A stretch of 60,000 nucleotides of DNA from Lytechinus pictus (Eukaryota). The translations under genes were made by a program, and so were the position numbers. A model generated the notes under the pieces. That model was not told where the DNA came from. It worked only from the letters and a program-made list of their open reading frames with translations, and did no database searches. The DNA lies in NCBI RefSeq assembly GCF_037042905.1, contig NC_087251.1:8744001-8804000 (forward strand), in the 5' to 3' direction. Below, piece after piece: positions 53,001-60,000 of the stretch (position 1 is the stretch's first letter; each line of letters opens with the position of its first letter).

Positions 53001-56000
53001 TTGCTATATCTGCTGATGCTGAAGTGATTTGTAATGAAGATTTCTTCGTTCATGAAACCAGCGCCCCTTAAAACTTCTGTGTTGCAAAACTTCTGCTTGA
53101 ACTTTAAGTGGGAGGCTGGAAGGGGCTGGCAAAAAGGTTTTTTAAGTATTGTTTGATGAAACAACTGTAGGTCGAGAAAGATGTAAATAAATCAAACTTT
53201 AACATCATCTGACATATGAAATATTAGAAAAATCAACTCTGAGGTTCTTTTGTGAAAGATTACTCTCTAATAGGAGGGAAGAATGTTTCAATTTTTAGTA
53301 GCATTATTTGTTTATTATGACCATTTCCCCAAGCATTTGAAAACAAGAAGACTAAAGCTCATTTAGCGTGCAGCACGAGTGGGTTTCGGTATAGCACTAT
53401 TTGCTCTCAGTACATTACTGTTGGCTTTCAGAGTAGTGCTTACTTTCTTTTGTGGGGTGATTAATGCTTCCTGACTAAAGTGACTGAGTGGTTACCCTTG
53501 CTCAGTCAAATGACATAATGCCTTGTCCAAATATATCCACTGAGTGCACACATGTTTTAGGATGTTGCTCTGCTCCACACTTCACTTGAACTTGTCTGTA
53601 TTCCTTCTGCCTCTTGGTTGACGTATCAAGACAGTAGTAGGGTTTATCCAGAGATCTTCAGGTGCAAAAGAAAGCTGGTTTGTTCCTTTCTCTGTTGATA
53701 CTTGGAGATGACATAGGCAACCCATGATGAAGATGGTGTTGTTGGGCGATTCCATGCTATTAAAATTAGCCATTTTCGCAACATTTTTCAACCTGATTTC
53801 TAAACAAATGAGGAACTTCAATTTGATTTGTTGTAATGATGAGGTACTACTGGGTAGTCTTATAAAAAATGACAACCAACAAAAATATGTTGTCCATGGG
53901 TGAGTTAGAGGTGAAAATGTTGCATGTCAAATGGGACATTTCTGAGTCCTGTATGACACACAACATTTTCACCTTTAATTCACACAAATGTTTGTTGGTA
54001 ATCAGTTTTTCACATGACTACCCACCATAACTTTATCATTGACAGAAAATAATTTTTTATTGCTCAAGCAATCAGCTTAGAGACTAGAAATTGTTGTTAA
54101 AATGTCCCACACGTCATGTATGGAATCGTCCTGTTCTCTTTCACAAAGGCACATACTGCTTTCTTGTCCCCCATTATGACCCTCACACTGTTTGTGCAGA
54201 AGCATAGTGTGTTCTGTCCTGAAAATAGATAATAGAATAAAAATCTTTTCAAGAAAGTTAAAGATGCCATTTACTGTGGATCTCTCATCTGTAGTTGCTA
54301 TCTCTAGGAGTACATTGATTACTTTGCTGTAGTCTTCATCAAAATATCTCAAGCTGACAATATAAAATATATTCTTATGAAAATAGCTCTTCTGCCCCCC
54401 TTTTTTCTTTTGTTTTTTAAATTTATACTTTTTTGATGCCCTATCATATTTTTGCATTTCACTTTTTATGGTAGTTGGCAGCTTTGTGCTTATGCATCTG
54501 ATACTGTCTTAGACCCCTGTTACATCTGAGTGATTCCCTACCTCGGGCCGGCCCGGGGCCTACCACGGGTCGGAAAAAAATCAGATGTAAACATCCCAAA
54601 CCTACCTCGGGCCACCTTTTAGCGAACCTACCCAAGACCACATCCAGAGGTAGTCTCGGGTAGGTATCGGGCCGGCCCCGGTCCACCGATTCGTAGATGT
54701 AAACGCACACAAGCTTTCGAACCTCGGTCCGTTCGCCAGCTGTCAAATTACGTCATAGCGTGTGCTATCCCCTCACCAGCCCCGTCGTTCTTCGAATGTT
54801 TTGCGGCATGCAACATGTGAATTGTGATTGATAGTCTTTGATTTGAGTGGAAAGAAGGAAGCATTTTAAACGTATCCCGCTTTTTAAGTCGATCATATCT
54901 TCAATGACTGCTGGGATCATCAGCATTCTTCCAGAATCTCGACTAAAGGTAAAGGAAAGAGTCGTTTCGACTCTCTCTGGAAATGATCGGCACATGTAAA
55001 CAACTTCAATTAGCGCGCGCAAATTATTCAGAGCCTAGATCGGGAGTGTCCTTTGGTGTCAGCAATCTGATACCGCTCGAAACCGTACTGATAGGGGAGG
55101 GAATGAACGCTGTGATGTAAACAGACCACATTTCGGACTCGGTCCGTTCGCAAAGCTAATCCACCAATAATCCAGTCAAGGTTGCAAGTGGACTCGGTCG
55201 GGACTCGGGTAGGAAACTTTCAGATGTAACAGGGGTCTTATTCACATAATAATGTTGGTCATTATGTCATGATTTCAATGACCTCTTTTTCTCCCCTTTA
55301 CAAAAGGTTTCCAGTACTTCAAACTGCACAGACTTTCAGAGCAGACGACTTCATATCCAATATAAACCAAGCCCAGAAAGTCCAGCTAAATATGTTCACA
55401 CAGTAAGTCATATGTACATCTTTATGAAATGTTCTCTCTTTGTCCCACTTATTATTCATGAAGAGTAGAAAATAAGATAATTCAATTTGTGAGCTTGTCA
55501 TTTTCTGTACTGAATGCAGATTGAAGTCTTTGAATTGTAAATTGTAAATGAAACTTTCTTTGTAAGAAACTTTCTCTATAGGAAATGTGGTTGAGTCCAT
55601 TTGGTACATGTGGACAATGATTATCAAATAATTTTGAACCATTTTATCAGCAGAAACCTGAACGCAATGTAATGTACTGTATATGAATTAATCTGCAGTT
55701 TGTGATACGCCCGAAGGTCGCATAATCAACAGTATATCTTTATTATAACATTTTGTATGGTATATATTATATTCTCGTATACTTCGGTCTTCATATTATC
55801 ATCATGGCAAAAGCCCAAGCGGCGGCTGTTCCTGCAGCCAATGATTACCTTAAAGGTGATGAATTCCTCAGTTCCATTGAGAAAACAGTTGACAAGGTTA
55901 TTGAAAGGGCAATGAATAAAGAAATGACCAAGTTCTTGCATCGACTTGAGCTAATCAAAAAGTCGAACAATGATATTACTGAGTGACTTGACCGTTATGA

Positions 56001-57077
56001 TGGGAATAGAATGGAAATAGAGATGGACCTTCAAGATAAGGAGAATGAGATCAAAGCACTGAAAGAACTATCAACCAATCAGAGTAATGCAATTAACAAT
56101 CTTCAAATCGCTGCCAACGAAGCAGAACAATACTTGAGACATAATTGTCTAAAGTTCTTCGGGGTAGCAGAGCATGATTGAGAAGATACAGATGACCTTG
56201 TGTGCACCATCGCCGTAGATAAGCTGGGCGTGGAATTATCGAAGTATGATATAGATAGATCACACTGTGTCGCTTAAAGGAACAATGAGAAATTAGAAGT
56301 AAGAAAGAAAAAGGCTTGATCATTAGTGGTTAAATTCACGTCTTTGTACCGAAAACAGAAAGATGTGTCTGACTTGTGTTTCAGGTACATCTGAGCTATG
56401 ACTGATGATAGTATGTTTTCTCACTATATCATAAACTAAAATATTTCAAATTTGAATAATTCTTAGCACATTAATAGCCCTCCAATTAAATATGACACCC
56501 CTTTTTTATGCCTCTGCCTATGGTAAGTGGTTGGCGGAGGCATTATTATTATTGTTACTATTATTATTATATCTTATTTTAATTTCAAACATGGCCCATG
56601 TGCATATATAAAAGGGCCATTGATCTGATTAGGTATTGGGGTCACAGGTCAAAGGTGAAAGGTTACAGAGGTCATTATGTGAAACTTTCAAAAAGGTAGG
56701 TGTATAAAACTTTCTTAATCTGGCAATGGCGGAGGCATAAATATTGAGTGCAAGCAATCAGGAATCCATCTAGTAATCTGGGAATTATAGTCGTTGATTA
56801 GATGATGTGAATGTCAGTATGGTCTATAAACTTACATTTAATCGTTGTTTCAAATTTTGATTATTTTTTAAATTCAATTTCTCCACCCTCCCCCCCCCCC
56901 CCCCCCCAGTTGAATGGTACAGCTTGTGCAGTGCCTCGCCTGATCATTGCCATCTTGGAGAACAACCAACAGAGGGATGGAAGCATTGTGATCCCTAAAC
57001 CACTTCAACCATACATGGATGGGATGAGAGAGATTACAAGACCTGCATCAGGGAAGCTACATTTTACAAGATTATGA
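41220..57077 (+). CDS. SARS2: Seryl-tRNA synthetase, mitochondrial (class II aaRS); spliced gene, 11 coding exons, 509 aa
   Basis: Exons 41220-41555, 41943-42029, 48122-48235, 49346-49464, 50067-50223, 50675-50786, 51277-51410, 51950-52062, 52511-52604, 55307-55402, 56910-57077 join in frame (1530 nt) with GT-AG introns. SerRS motifs: [16 protein letters not shown] (TxE), [22 protein letters not shown] (motif 2), [53 protein letters not shown] (motif 3). The Arg-rich, acid-poor N-terminus and [10 protein letters not shown] indicate the mitochondrial paralogue. Confidence 0.95.
41943..42029 (+). CDS. SARS2: SARS2 coding exon 2
   Basis: ttctcttag|[29 protein letters not shown]|gtatgt; phase 0-0; coiled-coil-like. 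Confidence 0.85.
43150..47447 (-). pseudogene. Decayed spliced Myb/SANT-like (trihelix/MADF-type) gene with Gln-rich tail, carried by the transposon
   Basis: Minus-strand AG/GT-bounded segments 45704-45538 and 44760-44648, plus a possible first exon 47447-47389 and an acceptor at 43702. Peptides [29 protein letters not shown] and spliced NATT|GGG, then repeated QEMQQPH units; stops and frameshifts present. Confidence 0.5.
45101..45343. mobile_element. Small foldback MITE nested in the 5.1-kb element
   Basis: TGCATGTTAGCTGCAGGGTCAGCGGAACGGTTTT mirrored at 45310-45343; inner arms also complementary. Confidence 0.75.
48122..48235 (+). CDS. SARS2: SARS2 coding exon 3
   Basis: tttccag|[38 protein letters not shown]|gtaaga. 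Confidence 0.92.
49346..49464 (+). CDS. SARS2: SARS2 coding exon 4
   Basis: tacag|[39 protein letters not shown](K)|gtgagt; phase 0-2. Confidence 0.92.
50026..50052. repeat. (CT)n microsatellite forming the polypyrimidine tract of SARS2 exon 5
   Basis: Visible run ending ~14 nt before the exon start. Confidence 0.85.
50067..50223 (+). CDS. SARS2: SARS2 coding exon 5
   Basis: ttctag|[52 protein letters not shown]|gtaagt; motif 1 region. Confidence 0.93.
50675..50786 (+). CDS. SARS2: SARS2 coding exon 6
   Basis: ttag|[37 protein letters not shown]|gtattc; phase 0-1. Confidence 0.93.
51277..51410 (+). CDS. SARS2: SARS2 coding exon 7
   Basis: tttcag|[45 protein letters not shown]|gtatga; motif 2. 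Confidence 0.95.
51950..52062 (+). CDS. SARS2: SARS2 coding exon 8
   Basis: tttcag|[37 protein letters not shown](Q)|gtgagc. Confidence 0.94.
52264..52414. repeat. 72-bp tandem duplication in SARS2 intron 8
   Basis: Two near-identical copies of GTGAARATAAAATTTCTTGTCAGTAATGTTGCT...GAGTTAGAAAA. Confidence 0.85.
52511..52604 (+). CDS. SARS2: SARS2 coding exon 9
   Basis: ctttag|[31 protein letters not shown]|gtgaga. Confidence 0.95.
52730..54480 (-). pseudogene. Fossil hAT-like transposase in SARS2 intron 9
   Basis: Minus strand, across frameshifts and a [66 protein letters not shown] (CxxH), [12 protein letters not shown] (TRW-like), [23 protein letters not shown]. Confidence 0.75.
53744..54131. 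mobile_element. Sola2-like MITE, 4-bp TSD TGTT (second copy of the 7467-7850 family)
   Basis: TGTT-GGGCGATTCCAT...ATGGAATCGTCC-TGTT; aligns in reverse with 7467-7850; removing it rejoins the hAT reading. Confidence 0.8.
54512..55237. mobile_element. PIF/Harbinger-type MITE, TTA TSD
   Basis: TTA-GACCCCTGTTACATCTGA...TCAGATGTAACAGGGGTC-TTA; internal GATGTAAAC and CTCGG repeats; CpG-rich. Confidence 0.88.
55307..55402 (+). CDS. SARS2: SARS2 coding exon 10
   Basis: ctcccctttacaaaag|[32 protein letters not shown]|gtaagt (AAG acceptor). Confidence 0.94.
55700..56350 (+). mobile_element. LINE (CR1/L2-group) 5' end: UTR plus decayed ORF1 in SARS2 intron 10
   Basis: ATG 55804 MAKAQAAA..., coiled coil, then [52 protein letters not shown], the L1-type RRM ORF1 signature; stops and frameshifts. 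Confidence 0.8.
56502..56774 (+). mobile_element. Short Helentron-associated element (HINE)
   Basis: TTTTTATGCCTCTGCC..GGCGGAGGCAT 5' stem, GGTCAAAGGT core, 3' GGCGGAGGCATA and terminal TCTAGT. Confidence 0.7.
56910..57077 (+). CDS. SARS2: SARS2 coding exon 11 (terminal)
   Basis: poly-C-cag|[58 protein letters not shown]; motif 3. Confidence 0.95.
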   Translation: MNGTACAVPRLIIAILENNQQRDGSIVIPKPLQPYMDGMREITRPASGKLHFTRL

Positions 57078-57080
57078 TGA

Positions 57081-57162
57081 TTGGTGATTACTATTCTAGA
57101 GAACTATTGAGTGGAGAGATGGAAGAACAGTGATCCCTGAACCTTATCAACCAAACATGGAT
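57081..57162 (+). pseudogene. Degenerate tandem copy of part of the SARS2 terminal exon in the 3' UTR
   Basis: LVITILENY*..RDGRTVIPEPYQPNMD (one frameshift) versus [27 protein letters not shown] at 56940-57020. Confidence 0.75.
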
Positions 57163-57409
57163 AATTGCCAAATTTAGAAGAGATTTATATATGGAACAAA
57201 TGGTATGCATGATAATACTACGGTAGTATTAATACTACCACTCCTATTTGATGCTGTTCCACTACATTATTGCCAGTTGTATAGTGGTACATGTCTTTCA
57301 ATACCAGACATGCAAAGTTGAAATGACATTAGGTTCCTTCTTGAAACAAAGGAAGAATTTTCCCAGTAAAAAGTATAATCTATGCTTTTATGAATATACA
57401 TGTATATGT

Positions 57410-57715
57410 GTTTGGACCTACCCGTTATCGACCACCTGATGTTGAAATCATGATATCAGTACATGTACTCATCAGATTTACCAGAGATTCACTTATCTCA
57501 AGTAAAATTTTTTTGTAGATTCACATCACTCAACTCCGATATCTTTTTGAGTCCTACTAGCATGGAGTGCCGTGATGTCCAAAAAGGTTGTTTTTGTTGC
57601 CCTATTTTACCCCTTTTTAAGAACCGACCACCCGCCCTCTATCGACAGAGATGCTAAACCTCTTGACACAAAAATTTCAGACTGAATATCCTTAAAATCA
57701 TATTTTAGTGCTCTA
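57410..57715. mobile_element. MITE fragment related to 33594-34227
   Basis: TTGGACCTACCCGTTATCGACCACC and AACCGACCACCCGC at the same spacing as in the reverse complement of that element. Confidence 0.55.
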
Positions 57716-57716
57716 G

Positions 57717-58527
57717 TTTTTTATCTCACCTGCAAAGCAGAGTGAGACTATAGGCGCCGCTTTTCCGACAGCGGCGGCGGTGTCAACACCAAATCTTAGT
57801 TTTTGAAATGACAGCATAACTTAGAAAGTATATGGACCTAGTTCATGAAACTTGGCCATAAAGTTAATCAAGTATTACTGAAGATCTTGCCTGAGTTTCA
57901 GGTCACATGACAAAGGTCAAAGGTCATTTAGGGTCAATGAACTTTGACCATGTTGGGGGAATAAACATCAAAATCTTAACCTGAGGTTAAGTTTTTGAAA
58001 TGTCATCATAGCTTAGAAAATATATGGACCTAGTTCATGAAAATTGGACATAAACATAAAGTTTATCAAGTATTACTGAACATTCTGTCGGAGTTTCACG
58101 TCACATGACCAAGGTCAAAGGTCATTTAGGGTCAATTTGGCCATGTTGGGGGTATCTGTTGAATTACCATCATAACCTTAAAAGTTTATGGATCTGATTC
58201 ATGAAACTCAGACATAAGAGTAATCAAGTATCACTTAACATCCTGTTCGAGTTTCAGGTCACATGACTAAGGTCAAAGGTCATTTAAGGTCAATGAACTT
58301 TGGCCATGTTGGGGGTATTTGTTGAATAACCACCATAACTGTAAGTGTATGGATCTAGTTCATAAAACTTAGACATAAGAGTTAGCAAGTATCACTGAAC
58401 ATCCCATGCGAGTTTCAGGTCACATGAACAAAGTCAAAGGTCATTTTGGAGGTAATTATTAGATTGCTGTAATAACTTTCAAAGTTTATAGATATAGTTT
58501 ATAAAATGTGGATATAGGGGTAATCAA
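57717..58527 (+). mobile_element. Helentron-associated element (HINE) with ~5 tandem units, 3' end missing
   Basis: TTTTATCTCACCTGC..GAGTGAGACTATAGGCGCCGCTTTTCCGACAGCGGCGGCGG, then repeated CAGGTCACATGACCAAGGTCAAAGGTCA units; same family as 42251-48023. Confidence 0.82.
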
Positions 58528-58529
58528 TG

Positions 58530-60000
58530 ATTAATGACGTCACAAATCGCGATCCATCCTGGGAACAACTCCTCACCCAACTCTACTCTCTTCAACAACC
58601 TGCATGCTACATCAACATCTCTTGCATTCCTCTGTGCATCTTGGTACTCCTTGCAATCTAGGCCAATTCTGTCAAAAGTTTTCGGCCCAATTTTCCTATG
58701 TCCAAAGTAATGTCGTGAGCTCTTGTGGAGGGACTTCAAAAACTATCTTCCTGGCCTTTGGTACGGCAAGTTTAGGCTGTTCATTCTCTGGTTGGATGGA
58801 TGGATGCTGGACAATAATGCCGTTAGTATTGTGAGTAGTACCTTTTCCACTCACTGTTTTTTCTTCAAAATCATTGTTGTCATAAACAAGAGTGGAGAAA
58901 ATAGGCTGATTTGATGACCCAATGGAAGTGGCTGTTTGACAAGGACATTGTTATGTTCAAGGACCACTGGCCTTGACACACTATGGCCAAGCCCATTTAG
59001 GATGCCAATAAGTTTGGCTGAACCTGTCAGATGCCATACTGCCATTCCTAGAGCATTATGCTTCGGTAGTACACATCTCCCTTTGTTCATTCTCTGGTTG
59101 GATGGATGGATGCTGGACAATAATGCCGTTAGTATTGTGAGTAGTACCTTTTCCACTCACTGTTTTTTCTTCAAAATCATTGTTGTCATAAACAAGAGTG
59201 GAGAAAATAGGCTGATTTGATGACCCAATGGAAGTGGCCGTTTGACAAGGACAGTCTTATGTTCAAGGACCACTGGCCTTGACACACTATGGCCAAGCCC
59301 ATTTAGGATGCCAATAAATTTGGCTGAACCTGTCAGATGCCATACTGCAATTCCTGGAGCATTATGCTTGGGTAGTACACATCTCCCTTTTGTTTTTAGG
59401 TACATTATGTCTTCTGCTAGGGAGAGAATCTTCCGTTCTTCGTCAGTTGACCCTTCCACCATATCTTCTTTTGTCTCTTGATTGATTCCAGACATCCACG
59501 CTAGGAAATTGAAAAGTTGCCAAGGAACAAGCATCTTACTTTGCTCATTGGTTAGGTAGTCTGATGTTGGAGGCCAGGTTGTCTTCAAGTCTATTCCCTC
59601 CCTCTAGTGAATTCTTGATGATTCCAGCAGCAGTATATAAAGTTCTCAGAATTAGCTTATCTGAGCGAAATGTTGTTGTGCATATACTACCATTACTCTC
59701 GCTCTGACTTTCATCACTGGAGACCTCTGCCAGGCCTGCCAGCATTTGAAAGTCAAAGAGGAGTCCCAATCGCGGCACTCAAGCTGCATGCTAGCTAAGC
59801 CGCAATACTAATGGCAAGTGTCAATTAACTCTGGAGTAATGCCCTCATGGGTGCTACTAGGGGACTACATTTCACAGTGAAATCATCTTCCAAGTACTTC
59901 TTGGAAAATTTGGGGGAAATAACTGAGAAATTTTACCTTGAAGAGTAGCATTATGGAGCATTTAGAATAATTTTATCTTATGACCTGTGTAGAGCTTCAT
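58530..60000 (-). pseudogene. Decayed transposase-like ORF of a large DNA transposon (superfamily unassigned), continuing off-window
   Basis: WPPT..VPWQLFNFLAW..KILSLAEDIMY..LPKH..GMAVWHLTGSAKLIGILNGLGHSVS and, in another frame, STLVYDNNDFEEKTVSGKGTTHNTNGIIVQ. I recognise this motif set from invertebrate repeat-encoded proteins; frameshifted. Confidence 0.65.
58778..59389. repeat. 306-bp tandem duplication inside the transposase-like remnant
   Basis: 58778-59083 and 59084-59389 are near-identical, with TGTT microhomology at the junction. Confidence 0.92.

Noticed and set aside
57075..57164. Several in-frame TGA codons after SARS2 suggesting selenocysteine readthrough
   Set aside because: No SECIS recognised, the protein is complete at the first TGA, and the stops are explained by decay of the duplicated segment.

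Overview
AT-rich, intron-containing animal genomic DNA. The repeat landscape (Deu-domain SINE, Helentron-type AGGTCAAAGGTCA tandem elements, many MITEs) suggests a marine deuterostome, probably a sea urchin; this is inference. The only intact protein-coding gene I can support is a + strand mitochondrial seryl-tRNA synthetase (SARS2): 11 coding exons, 41220-57077, 1530 nt, 509 aa, all GT-AG with consistent phases. The first ~31 kb has no convincing host exon, only SINE/LINE/MITE remnants, microsatellites and GC-richer islands. 31.9-37.5 kb is a nested stack of inverted-repeat elements upstream of SARS2. SARS2 introns hold a 5.1-kb Harbinger-group element with a decayed Myb/SANT-like gene, a fossil hAT-like transposase, MITEs, Helentron-type arrays and a LINE ORF1 remnant. 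A decayed transposase-like ORF runs off the right edge. There is no CRISPR, rRNA or true tRNA gene, and I found no clearly new multi-gene system. The best leads are tiny palindromes with 7-bp target duplications, the Myb-only CWG-target element, a decayed copy of part of the last SARS2 exon right after its stop, and an apparently short SARS2 helical arm. All calls were made by eye; family assignments need database confirmation.
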